Shown piece after piece: positions 47,836 to 61,372 of a DNA stretch of 64,000 nucleotides. Below the pieces are notes generated by a model, which saw nothing but the letters and a program-made list of their open reading frames with translations, was not told the DNA's origin and did no database searches. The stretch spans positions 27,534,437 to 27,598,436 of the forward strand of contig NC_092672.1 in NCBI RefSeq assembly GCF_964355755.1. The letters are read 5' to 3'. The DNA comes from Antedon mediterranea. Taxonomy: Eukaryota > Animalia > Echinodermata. A program made the position numbers and the translations under genes. Within the stretch, counting starts at the first letter, position 1. Each line of letters begins with the position of its first letter.

Positions 47836-50800
47836 ATGTCGACATTAAAGACCCGTTTTATTCAAGTAACACCAGTAAGTTATTCTTGAATATCATTTCC
47901 TACAAACTGTATAGTTTGGTTTTATTTTATTTAAGATTTAGGCGAAAATACATTGATTTTAAAAATTATATTTGGCGCTCATCGGGGACGGGATAGAAAA
48001 AATAAGGTCCGCACACAATGTGTGATTTGGGTTGGGTATCACGTACATCTGTCAACAACTCGGAGAGAAATATTTAAAAGTTTATCACATACTATTTAGT
48101 ATAGGCTTGAGCTATAATTTTTTAGTAATTTTGCATTATCTCTCTATTGCTATAATTATTATTTGTAAAACAAAAAAAAGAAAAAAAATATATTGTAAGA
48201 CCATAATAACGCAAAAATGTTATCTGCACATAACAACAGCGCAGGTTCTGTCTTGACAACAGTTACGCCCCACTGTTTTACGTCACACGTACGAACGGCG
48301 GATCCGTGTGGTTCATCGTCATGATGATGTACGTACATTCTCAGCACACACATACGTCATAGACACACTGCGGTGATGATGTGATTATTGGCGGTTGGTT
48401 GTGTGTGACGGGTGTCACGAAAGCTCAGACCACGAAAGCTCAGACCCCCTAAGACCTAAGATCACGAAAGCTAAGACCCAACACCTAAGATTACAAATAC
48501 TAAGATATACTACAGCTTAAAAACAATACTTGTTTATCCATACATAATTTTAAACACAGTAGGTTTCATTTATTACCATAAATATAATTTAATACTACCG
48601 CAAAACATAGATAAACTCACATTATTTTCGCCCGTTGAGTAAATGTATATTTTTTCTTTACAACAAACAAACTTGACGGGTTGTTTGTTGGTATATATTT
48701 ACTCCATTGTGTTGCTTCAGAGGATGTTTTTCTTACGCACCTGCCTTTCTTGTATTTTGACTCCAAATTTGTTGACTAACTTTATCCTGAACACCACACT
48801 TTAAAATTAGGACTTATAAGTACTTTCAGAAGGAGAAACACATAATAACAAATAAATAAATCCTTTAAATTGATGATTTTACAGATGTGTTTCTTTGTAT
48901 ACTGTAATGACAATGTAACTCCTCGAGCTCGGCCCCCCATGCTCAATGTTTTTGTTTCTATGGAGCGCCAAAAGAGCAACAATAATAGTACAAGTATAAA
49001 AACAGAAAGAAAACGAAACAAAAAAACTTATCATGATTTTTAAATTAAAATTTATTTGCCAGTATTTATTTCTTCGTACTTGCATGATTATACTATTATC
49101 ATTACAATTTTAATTTTACATTGTTCCATCCACACTGTAGATGGACTCCACAGAGTTTTCAGCCCTCTATATAATTTTTGCTCTTTTGACGTTCCATAGA
49201 AACAAAAACATTGAACATGGCCCATGGGGTAGGCCTACTGTCCTGTAGGCTAGTCATTTTGTGTGCGAGAAAAACGTCTGTAAAATCTTCAATTTAAAAA
49301 TGTATTTGTTACTTTTTATGTGATTCTTTTTCATGAAAGTGCCAATTCTAAGGTGTGGTATTCAGAATAATTGTTGGGAGTTAAAATACAAGGCAGGTGC
49401 GAAAGATAAATATTTGTAATCTTAGGTGTTGGGTCTTAGCTTTCGTGATCTTAGGTCTTAGGGGGTCTGAGCTTTCGTGGTCTGAGCTTTCGTGACACCC
49501 TGTGTGTGACGTTTTAGGCTACTTTTAACCAATAAGCAGCTTTTGTCCGATATCTGTAATTTACATATTATCGATCAAATAGTAAAAGGAGTTCTTTTGA
49601 CTGAACCCGTCTCCCCCCCCCCCCCCCGCTGATGAGACACGCGGTAGCCTAGCCTAGGCCAAGGCTATAATTAATAATAAGCCTAGGCCTAGTAATGGTT
49701 TAGGCTAGGCCTAATTTATGTATTTTAAACAATCTATTTGTTGTGCAGATTCATGGTAACATTAAAGATATCGAATCCCAGTTACCAGAGGGTGATGTAG
49801 CTGGCCTATCTCAAGAAAGCACAACATCTGTGCGAGATACCCTCAAAATTGAGAAAGAGACCGATTCCTCCATCATCAATGATAAGCAGGTCATCAGCAG
49901 AGAGGATCAGATGGCTTCTGAGACATCTTCCCAGCAGCAGGACCCAAAAGACAAGAGTCTTTCTGAAGAAGAAGAAAACAGCACCTCTTCTACTAGTCGT
50001 GGAACCTGGGACACGAAAGGGGATTTTCTGTTGTCTTGTCTGGGGTATGCTGTTGGGTTAGGAAATATATGGAGATTTCCTTACCTGTGTTATGAAAATG
50101 GTGGCGGTAAGCATCTTTTTTGTTTGTTTATTATTAAAAAACATTAGGCTAAACCTCTAGGCCCTATAGGCCCTAAGTCTAGTATTAAATAGGCCTAGGG
50201 CCTAGTGATAGATTAGAGATAAAATAAAAGTGCATGATTAATAAAATCAGACTTTAAATAGGAAATTTTGCAGTTTTTTTAATAAAGTTATTCACTGTAA
50301 AAAAAATCAACACAAAAATTATTATTTCACAAGACAAAAGGAAAGGTTTCAGTTTGGAAATTAGTCATTTTGAATGGTTTAAGACAAATTATTCATATCA
50401 AGACAAGTATCTGATATTGTTTTGATCTAGGCCTATATATTGCTCTGGTTTGATTATTATTATTTTATTATAATTCATAATCACATTATCATATAAAATG
50501 AATAAATCATAAATGATTAAAGTAAAATGTTCAGCTTATTATTGCACACTAAACAGACTGTATATGAGAATATGTATATAAAATCATGTATCATTTTAGG
50601 TGCATTCCTTATACCTTTTGCAACCATGCTGTTGTTAGCTGGACTTCCCATGTTCTTCATGGAGCTTTGCCTTGGACAGTACTCCAGCAGTGGACCAGCA
50701 ACTGTCTGGAGGATTTCACCAATGTTTAGAGGTAAATTCAGTTTTGAATAAACTCTGAACCTTTTGCAATTTTGGAGAAAGTCCAGTTCGGTCTTCTTAT

Positions 50801-53800
50801 GTCTTTTTCCTATTTTTTTTCTACTCCTGTAGGTCTTTTTTTTGTAGATTAAAGGAAATGATGATTTGAAATCCAAAACTCTAAATAATAAATAAAAACA
50901 GAGTGACTGGCCGAGCGGTTAAGACAGTGGAACCGTAATTACGTAGCCATAACATCGGCAGGGGTTTGAGTCTCACTCACTCCATGGTTCTGGTGGTAGA
51001 ACGAGTCTTCTCGGATAAGGACTATAAACCGTAGGTCCAGTGTACACATCTAGCTCGTGTGCACTTTAAAGAACCTAGTACATCTTTCGAGACGAGTAGG
51101 GGGTTACCCCGGTGTATTAGTACATCACAGCCACTGATCACCAACTGGGCCCTCTGGGAGACCAGTCTTTGACTGAAGAGGCTACCCAGTATAAATATAA
51201 ATTTCAACAACACTACATTTTAATTTAACAGACACATTTAGGTTAAGCTACAGCAACAAAATTAACAAACATAAAACTGGTTTCAATTTGTTTTCAATAA
51301 CTGACCACAAAATTATACTACAGTATATTATTAATGAATTTTGGAGTTTAAACTTAGATAATAAATATTATTATAATAGTAAAATAGAACCCCTATTAAG
51401 GGGACACCTTTGGGACTAAAAAGCGTCCCCTTAATAGTAGTGTATTTTGAATAGGAGTTGGTTAAAGTGGTAAAACACAATATATTTCCCTTGTTCATGT
51501 CATGGGAAAGTGTCTTAATAGAAATTTCACATGTTAGTTTAAATATCATTGAAACTCATTTAAAATCTCTTTATAAATTTTACCAGTTTTGTATCAAATA
51601 TTTTGGTCCTTTTTTTTCTATGTAAATGTTATTTTGTTGTAAATGAGCTTCAGTTAATACTCTTCCTGCGAGCTATCATATGGAAGCTTCAAAGTGCTGG
51701 AGAACAGAGCGGTGTAAATGGTTCCTTGGCTTTTCTTCTTTTTTTTGGAGGGAGGGGGGGGGGTTATTTTTATGGATCATATTGTGTGTAAAGTGCTTAG
51801 AAACATTGTATTAGGTGTTAAGACTAACATTATTATTAATATTATTATTCACTTGGAATTTGTAAGTCAACTCCAGAAACCATTTTAAAACTTTTTTTTT
51901 GTCATGTATAGGAATGGGTTACGGAATGGTGCTGATTTCAACTTTTATCGCCCTTTACTACAATGTTATCATAACATACATATTGTATTACATGTTTGCT
52001 TCATTCACTAACAAACTGCCCTGGATCGGATGTAACAACCCTTGGAACACGGACATGTGTAACGGCATCTACGACGAGTGTCTGAGCACTGGTAACAAGA
52101 TCATGACGGTGAACAACACATGCGTTGGTGTCGACTCCCTTTCAGAAGAACAACTTGACTTTTACAATATTGGACTCAACACACTAGGAGAAATAGATCT
52201 AAGTAACTACATCGATCCATTGAAGTCAAAACGGAAACTTCCCAGCGAAGAGTATTTCAAGTAATATAGTTCATATTTTATAAAGAGTTGAAAATTGATG
52301 TTGCCTGATTAGATTACTGTTTCTTCAGTGATACCACAGAGTAACTCTAACCATGTACTTTTACTTGAGAAAAAATAGAAATTAAAAATATTGAATATGC
52401 TTTCTAAAATATGATGGCTAGGTAATATCAAGTACTATGTTCATATTGTACTTAATACGAGCATTAGCCATTGACATTCATGAAATCAACTTCGATGAAT
52501 TGAAACAGTGATCAACTCAGAAGTTTTGTAATATCAAAAGATTGCAAAAACTCACTATTTTTATTTTAGGAATGCTGTACTGCATGAGGCCTCTGGGATT
52601 GGTGATTTGAGCACTGTTGTTTGGCCATTACTAAGCTGTCTTGTCTTTGCTTGGATCATCATCTATTTCTGTCTTCAGAAAGGCATTAAATCTTCAGGAA
52701 AAGTAAGCAATGCAATATATTATAAATAAATCAAAGATCTTTACATTTAATGGGAGAAAACATCTCTCAATGTCTATAGGTTTAATCTCATATAAATAGA
52801 TGTTCAGTTTATTCACTGATGGTGGTCAGATACTAGAGAATTGCATGTAAGGTTTTTTAATTATAGTTATCAATAAATGTATGGTTAGCGTTAGAATGAC
52901 ATTATGTTTAAATGTCTTGTTTTATATAGGTGGTATACTTCACAGCAACATTCCCATACATTGTATTGGTACTTTTCTTGATACTTGGACTGACATTGGA
53001 AGGTAGTTACAACGGCATTAAGTTCTTCCTAACCCCACGCTGGGAAATCCTCTATGAACCAAAAGTAAGTTTGTTAAATCAGGGAGGTATACCTCCCTGG
53101 TTAAACCTCTTTATTATTGTGGGTGTGGACATTGTTATTCATCTAGGTACTATAAAGTTTAGAAGGATACATCTATTCAACTGGACTTACTTGTTAACAT
53201 AACAGCAACGTTTCACAACCTATCTATATTAATATGTGTTACATTGGGTAATGTTATCTGATTATAACTAAATCTGCTCTCAACGTTTATGGTTGTAAAT
53301 ATTCATTTTGTAGTACTAGTAGTACTAAGTACTGAATTTAGAAATTACCTTATAACAAACAAACTATTTAGTGTTAGTGACACTACTAATGCATGTTTCA
53401 TGCTTTTATAATGGTGCTATTTTATTACAGTATTGTTTTGATGTGGTTTATAAACAACTAGATAAGGCACTCAAAGAGCGCAAACCTCCGTCTAGGCATA
53501 TAATTAAATCATGTATTCCCATACAGCTATGAAACCATCCTTTAAAATCGAACAAAAACTTTTTGAGTAATCCTGTAACAAATATAGAAAGAAACAAACA
53601 TCGATTGACCTCATAACCTCTAAGGTACTACTAAGGTAATGACGAGATGATTAATGTAGGCCCAGTTTGGAGCTCATACATAGACTAGTTCTGGTGGTGG
53701 AACAACTCTTTCTAATAATGACTTAAAAATGGAGGTACACACAGGAGGTACACACAGCTTGTGTGCTCATTAGAGAGAACCCAGTTCGTCCTTCCTCATA

Positions 53801-56800
53801 AATAAGGGGTTAAAATAATGGTGTTCTGTTCTTTGTCAGCATGAAGCCATAGTGCCGCCTGACCTTTCAATTTCAAATAAACATTTAATTTTCTTACTTG
53901 AACATCAATATTTAAAATAAGAGGAAGATGGCACTTGACAACACACACAAATACAAATAATCACCATTTCATTATTTTTTAGGTATGGCTGGACGCAGCA
54001 ATTCAGATTTTCTTCTCCCTTAGTACATCATTTGGGGGATTACTGACATTGTCCTCGTACAACAGGTTTCACAACAACTGCTACTTGTGAGTGAATTACT
54101 GTTTATATTTTAAACTAAAACATTTTGTATTTGTTAAAATTGACAAAAGCAAATCAAATTTGACTATCTGGTTGGAACCAAAATCTATTCGGCACCATTT
54201 AGAAAAATAATATTAACTTTGAAGAAAATTTGTTCAAATTGTTTTTTTACCATGTAAGCCTTTTATTACATGATAAAATTATATAAAAATAATAATAATA
54301 TATATATATATATATATATATAATAATAATTTAGCATTTTCACAGTCATGACATTGACAGTAATAAATAAGATTACCTTTACAGTGACGCCGTATTCATA
54401 GGCCTAGCCAATTGTATGACCAGTGTGTTCGCTGGAGTTGTTATCTTTTCCATCCTTGGTTTTATGGCTAATGAACTTGGACGAGAAGTCAGCGAAGTTG
54501 TAGACCAAGGTATGAACATTTGTAGGCTATAAATTTGTGAAGCACTGGTAATTAATGAGATCACTTGAGGTGGTCAAGAAAGAAGGATCAAGTACAGTAT
54601 TACAAAATCAATCGTTTCTAATGTGTAAAGGCAGACTATTCCTGATGACCAAAATATACATTTTGTTGCCGTGGTTTCAAAACAATATGTAAAAACTACT
54701 AAATAATATTTTTTTTGTATAGGCTTTGGTCTAGCTTTCATCGCTTACCCAGAAGCCCTTGCTAGGCTGCCTGCAGCACCAGTCTGGTCAATCCTGTTTT
54801 TCTTTATGCTGCTCACCTTAGGCCTGGACACACAGGTAGAGTTTATTCATTGTAGTTTGTGCTTAGGGAGACATCCTTTAGTCGATGACTGGGCTCTTCG
54901 CAGTAATCCATTTTTTTCACTGAAAGGAATATAATAAAAGAAACATGTACATAAAGATAATATTGTATCCCTATTGTAGTGAATTTCTTTTAGTTGGTTC
55001 CGAGCTTTTTTCAGGCGTATATATTTCCACGCGACATACACAGCTGTCACTGAATGATAACTCATACAAAAAGTATATTTAACTCAACTAGAACTTTTAT
55101 TCCTTGTAACTCGATTAATACATCTTTCTACCACTACCAGTCAAGCCTTAATATTTCTTTATCATCTTTCCGTTTATCTACTTTGATCTTATTCTCTCTT
55201 CTCTTCTAATATACATTCTACTTTTATACTGGATATGCAAATTTTAGGCTTCAGAGGAGGATAACATTTTCCCTCCAAAAATTATACGATTTTGATTGGC
55301 TAATAATAAGGCGGACCTGGTCTAAAGCATCCTTCTCTAAACACAGAGAATCACAACATCAATAATATGACATTCCCCTTTTTGGGAAAAAGATTGTGTC
55401 AATCTTTCCAAAAATTTTAACATATAAAACCATTTTACTATAAACTATCTACAAATAACACCTCTATAATATTATTATGCACGGCTTAATCCATCTGCAT
55501 TTCCATTTAATGATCCTTTCTTGTAAATAACTTTAAATTTATATCCTTGTAAAAACAGAGCCCATCTCATAAGTCTAACATTGGCACCCTTCATTGAGTC
55601 CATCCATCTCAATGCCTGGTGGTCAGTATGAACTTGAAATTCACAACCATACAGATAATACTTAAGTTTATTGATAGCCCAAACAATAGAGAGGCACTCT
55701 TTTTCTGGCACAGAATATCTCTGCTCATGTACAGATAACTTTCTACTTAAGTACACAATGGGATAATCATTACCCTCACCATCTATTTGGCTCAGCACTG
55801 CACCTATGCCATAATTTGAGGCATCGGTTTGCAATATAAACATCTTATCAAAATTTGGGGCTTTTAATACATTATCATCAGTAAGTCGTTTCTTTAAAGT
55901 TACAAAGGCATTTTCACATTGTTCATTCCACTTAACGGTATTACTTTTACTCTTTAAAGTTAAATCAATCAATGGCTTAGCAATATCGGCATAGTTCTGT
56001 ACAAAAATTTACTTTCGAAATAAAAAATAGTTTACAAAGTCAGCTTTGCAAATCTTCTCAAAATTTACTGGGCTTCCTTCTGTTACTTCAGTCTTCTTCT
56101 TTCAGACCTCGGTGAATATATACAGTATCTCCGATGAATATCCAGCAGTCTTGAGCTCAACAGTACTTCTTCTTCGTTGTAATATCCAAACAACGCACGG
56201 TATAAAAACTGTCAGGAATCCAGATCTTCGTAACCATTTAACTTTTTGGTTACTGATTTAACAGGCCCGTAGAGTAGGCACTGTCACTTCTTCTTCTTCT
56301 TGATACTTAAATCATGTATCTTAAACAAAAATTTTCACCGCTGCCACCATGTAGTGAATTTCTTTTAGTTGGTTCCGAGCTTTTCTCAGGCGTATATATT
56401 TCCACGCGACATACACAGCTGTCACTGAATGATAACTCATACAAAAAGTATATTTAACTCAACTAGAACTTTTATTCCTTGTAACTCAATTAATACATCT
56501 TTCTACCACTACCAGTCAAGCCTTATTTTCTTTATCATCTTTCTGTTTATCTACTCTGATCTTATTCTCTCTTCTCCTCTAATATCTATTACATTCTACT
56601 TTTATACTGGATATGCAAATTTTAGGCTTCAGAGGAGGATAACATTTTCCCTCCAAAAATTATACGATTTTGATTGGCTAATAATAAGGCGGACCTGGTC
56701 TAAAGCATCCTTCTCTAAACACAGAGAATCACAACATCAATAATATGACACCTATCAATTTAAAACATTTCTTGTTGAATTATGATTATGCCATTGTAAC

Positions 56801-58807
56801 ATTAACAACATAACAATAGTTATTCACTTTGACCAAAAATATTTGAAACATAATTCAAAGAAAAAAAAAGTCAACTGAAAGCCCATTGTATCGGTTTGGC
56901 CAAGATTTTATTGTATCAACTTTTTGGTTTAAATTAAATTATATTTTTAATAATCACTTTTTTTTTCTATCTATGATATATTGTAATAATACTGCAAACT
57001 TTTATGTTTTGAGGAACCTCTTTCATAAAATTAACTCATCTTTCGTTAAAATTATGTATTAATTGTAATGGTATGTCATCAATGCACTATAACAATGATT
57101 ATGATTTTAGTTCACCCTCATGGAGACTGTTATGACATTCATCACAGATTTCTTTCCAAACCTAAGAAGGAACAAACCAAAGGTTCTCTTAGCCAGCTGT
57201 ACAATGATGTGCCTCGCCTCTCTCATCTTTGTCACAGAGGTATTTTGGATTTTTACAAATGGGGAAAGTGTTAACATATAATATAAATAGTCTGTTAAAA
57301 ATAGCTTAACCACAAGAGTAGTAAAGCCTAAAAGAGAGAAACATTTTTTAGAAATTTTACCTTTAGGTGTAGACAGGAGATCACTGAAAATATTCCCATG
57401 ATTAGGAGGCTTAAAGGATTTCTCTTTACAGGCTGGAGTATACTGGGTGATTCTACTAGACTCGTACTCAGCTAGCTTTGTTATGCTGACCTTTGCCACC
57501 ATGGAATGCATAATTGTAAGCTGGGTGTATGGCTATGACAGATTCAAGGAAGACATCTCCACCATGATTGGTTCTGCGAGAGTTAACAACAAACTCTTCA
57601 ATTACTGGCGTGTCTGTTGGTGCTTTATCACACCAGCTTTGCTTAGTGTGAGTAAACTTTATTTAATTTGGCAATTTCTGCACACATATTTGGTGATTCC
57701 CCCTTCCCATCAGGTTAGAGCAGAAATCATGAATAATGCATTAGCCTAATTATTTTTACAGTTTGTACAAGTGTACAGTTTTGCCAACTGGAGTGCTCCA
57801 TCTTACAACGGAGGCTTCCCAACCTGGGCACATACAATTGGATGGCTCATTACAGGCTCCACCATAATTCTGGTTCCAGTCTTCATCATTGTAGATCTGC
57901 GTAATGCATCAGGCACATTCCTTCAAGTAAGTTGGAAAAAATTTAATTTGGTATCGAATCAGACATCATTTCATCTTTATGTAGCTTGATTTGATTTGAA
58001 AAACCATTAAAAAGCACTCTCTGTGACTGACCAATTAAGTAAGAGGAAATCCAAGCTTGGTGGATTAGATGCTCTGCTACTATACCTAGGGATCAGATGT
58101 TGGGATTTTTTTCTCGCGGCAAACTAAAAACAATTCCACTCCCGAAGACTTGTAATATAAAGCTCAATTTACACTATCAAATTTTATGTGAAAAAAATGC
58201 GATGTGCCCATATATTGGACACAATGATGTCATATTACTACCATATTTAGACACATACTAGTTTGATAGTGTAGACAGAGCTTTAGACTTTTTGTAGAGC
58301 ATCTTGTGTATATGTCTGTGAACAGGGTTGTAGAATTTGCTTATGGTTATACTCTTGGCAATTTAGATAGATTTGTTTTGGAATTTTAATTTAAAAATAT
58401 AAAAGAAAATGTACAAAAAATAAATCATAGATTGATGAAATACATTTCTAAGTACTACATCTAATTTTAGTTTTTAATTGATTAATTTCAGCGATTAAAA
58501 CTCATCAGCTCTCCGGCTGAAGATTGGGGACCACTGAAGTACGAACATCGGGCCTTGGTCAGGAAATCTGAAAGTTCAGTTTCTACCATATCCGATCTGG
58601 TTGAACAGGAAAAGGGTAAAAATATATTATATTATAATTGTAATAGAGTATATGCTAGTTATCTAAATAATTATAAATATAATTCTATTTTTTATTTGAT
58701 TTTTTTTTATTAAACAAATAAATATTATTATTAGTTAATAATATAATGCAATGCTTTTTCTCTTTTGTTTAGGCAAAACGAGTGGCTCCACAGAGCCTAA
58801 CAATTAA
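47836..58807 (+). CDS. SLC6/NSS family Na+/Cl- dependent transporter, glycine-transporter-like (SLC6A5/SLC6A9 subgroup), about 718 aa
   Basis: Exons: 47836-47874 ([13 protein letters not shown]|GTAAGT, inferred first exon, phase 0), 49749-50106, 50600-50731, 51912-52260, 52570-52702, 52930-53064, 53983-54086, 54385-54509, 54723-54835, 57111-57239, 57432-57647, 57762-57926, 58492-58615, 58773-58807; total 2157 nt, GT-AG throughout. NSS signatures: [95 protein letters not shown]. Confidence 0.93.
48410..49500. mobile_element. Mutator/MULE-like non-autonomous element, copy 2, in SLC6 intron 1
   Basis: Same TIRs and body as 6525-7601; 10-bp TSD tgtgtgtgac (48400-48409 and 49501-49510). Confidence 0.9.
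50901..51210 (+). mobile_element. tRNA-derived SINE, family 2, copy 2
   Basis: Matches 41248-41559 over its full length, including ggataaggactataaaccgtaggtcc. Confidence 0.88.
54975..56750 (-). mobile_element. Internally deleted Ty3/gypsy LTR retrotransposon (Gmr1-like) in SLC6 intron 9
   Basis: LTRs 54975-55372 and 56350-56750 (TG..CA, highly similar); 5-bp TSD cctat; PBS TGGTGGCAGCGGTG next to the 5' LTR; PPT aaaaaggggaa next to the 3' LTR. Confidence 0.95.
55475..56000 (-). pseudogene. pol remnant: RT connection domain plus RNase H
   Basis: [58 protein letters not shown]. Confidence 0.92.
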
Positions 58808-59931
58808 AGCCTCACATGACCCTACTTGAAGGATCATTAAGGTCCTGGCAGAGGGTGTGCATGGGACAAGCGGGGGCTTCAAAATAATGTGGTAAGAAAA
58901 TATTATGTATATTATATAAATATGAGTGTATTTTCAGTGATCCTACCTAAATTTTTTATTATTAGCATTTTGAAGAACAATCAAAGCAGAGAGCTTCACT
59001 GGAACACATTTTAGCTCAAGACATTTTCATATTGATTATTTTTTAACACATTAAGAGAGCCAGTCACTAAAAATCAAACATTAGGTGGCAAGGGTAAAAA
59101 TTTCGAATATCCAAGATCTGCCCCTGAGGACAAACATCGGGCCTTGGTCAGGACATCTGAAAGTTCAGTTTCCACCATAGCAGATCTGGTTGAACAGGAA
59201 AAGGATAAGAATACATTATATTATAATTGTAATGTAGCAATTAATACTAGTTATCTAAATAATGATAGGTATAATAAAGATGAGTCAAAAGGGAAAATTT
59301 GCATATGTGTCTTGAAAAATATTGGTTCATGAAAAACCCTTTCAACATTCTGTAGTAATATAATATATTCTGAATAATTCTAATATTTATGTAACACTGT
59401 TGTGTACTATGACAACATCTGTAGTAAATAAAATAAATTCTGAATAATTCTAATATTGAAGTAACAGTAACACTGTTGTACTATGAACAAATAAATATTG
59501 TTATTAATGATTAATTCTTTTTTTCTCTCTGTTCTACTTGATTAGGCTAAACAAGTGGCTCTACAGAGCCTGACAAAGCCTCACATGACCCTACTTGAAG
59601 GGTCATTGCAGAGGAGCCTTTGCAGAGGCTTCAAAATTACATGGTAAGAAAATATTGTTATATTATATAAATATTGAGTGATTCTACCACAAGTGATACT
59701 AACCAAAACTTTTTCGACTATTAGCATTTGAACGATCAGTCACTAGGTGTAAATGAAAAAATGTTTGAAAAGGGAATGTTTAATTAATTTTTAAATAAAT
59801 GTGTTTCTTTGTTTACTTTCAAACAGAATAAGAACATGAAAAGCTGATGAGGACAAAGGAAGTCTAGCGTAAATCTCTACGTAAAATGGATCTGGACCAA
59901 AGTTCATAAAAAGGTCAAACAATAGAGGAAA

Positions 59932-60807
59932 AAGGACTACATAATTACAGAAATGGACACAGTTTTCAGCAGTACTGTAGCCTACTAGACCTGTACCCTA
60001 AATATTATTGAGAGAATAAAAAAAACCACAAGGACTACATCATTACAGAAATGGACACAGTTTTCACCAGTACTGTAGCCTACCAGAGCTGTACCCTAAA
60101 TATTATTGAGAGAATAAAAAAAACCACAAGGACTACATCATTACAGAAATGGACACAGTTTTCACCAGTACTGTAGCCTATTAGAGCTGTACCCTAAATA
60201 TTATTGAGAGAATAAAAAAAACCACAAGGACTACATCATTACAGAAATGGACACAGTTTTCACCAGTACTGTAGCCTACCAGAGCTGTACCCTAAATATT
60301 ATTGAGAGAATAAAAAAAACCACAAGGACTACATCATTACAGAAATGGACACAGTTTTCACCAGTACTGTAGCCTACCAGAGCTGTACCCTAAATATTAT
60401 TGAGAGAATAAAAAAACCACAAGGACTACATCATTACAGAAATGGACACAGTTTTCACCAGTACTGTAGCCTATTAGAGCTGTACCCTAAATGTTATTGA
60501 GAGAATAAAAAAAACCACAAGGACTACATCATTACAGAAATGGACACAGTTTTCACCAGTACTGTAGCCTATTAGAGCTGTACCCTAAATGTTATTGAGA
60601 GAATAAAAAAAACCACAAGGACTACATCATTACAGAAATGAACACAGTTTTCACCAGTACTGTAGCCTATTAGAGCTGTACCCTAAATGTTATTGAGAGA
60701 ATAAAAAAAACCACAAGGACTACATCATTACAGAAATGGACACAGTTTTCACCAGTACTGTAGCCTATTAGAGCTGTACCCTAAATGTTATTGAGAGAAT
60801 AAAAAAG
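59932..60807. repeat. Tandem array, 9 x ~98 bp
   Basis: Unit aaggactacatcattacagaaatggacacagttttcaccagtactgtagccta..agagctgtaccctaaat.ttattgagagaataaaaaaaaccac. Confidence 0.97.
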
Positions 60808-61126
60808 AATAACACACTATATGATTGTTACAATCTATTATTTAGAGTCTGATAACTTCCAACCATGTTATACTGTACAGTAGCACTCCTATTAAGGGAT
60901 ACTTCAGGATGCCATCCATTGCTGACCTTCCTCAACCCTTTTCCATTCTTCCCTGACACTTGTGTCAAGTTTGAATTTCCCAAATATTTCTTGATGTTAT
61001 CTCTCCACATTTGTGGTCTTTTTAATTAACTTGTTTTATATATTGTTTTTTTTATATTTACATGTTCAATGCAATCTATCGGTGTCTGACACACTTACTG
61101 TATAGCTCTTGCACAAGGCCTAGCAA

Positions 61127-61372
61127 TACTACAGAACTTACCCACACCAGTGTGCACACCACAGAAAACGCTGGTGTTAGGGCCCTAGTGTGTGTTGTAC
61201 ACCAGAGTTTACACAATCCAGAGTGCACACCACATAAACGCTGGTGTTAAGGCCCTAGTGTGTATTGTACTCCAGAGTTTACACAATTGTGTGTACACAC
61301 CACACAAAACGCTGGTGTGTGTAAACTATGGAGTTTTGCTAGGCCCTGTGAAAGGGGTAGTATACTGTAGTG
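61127..61372. mobile_element. Possible CACTA/EnSpm-type MITE with ~70-bp internal tandem repeats
   Basis: Left tactacagaacttaccc, right ggggtagtatactgtagtg (reverse complement CACTACAG..); about 2.5 internal repeats containing aaacgctggtgt. Confidence 0.45.

Noticed and set aside
49753-49800. ATG at 49753 as the SLC6 start
   Set aside because: It is out of frame with the NSS reading frame and stops after 15 codons. The upstream phase-0 exon at 47836 (or the in-frame ATG at 49911) fits better.
53455-53625. Possible Helentron-associated (HINE-like) element
   Set aside because: Resemblance from memory only; the ends are degraded and there is no second copy in the window to confirm it.
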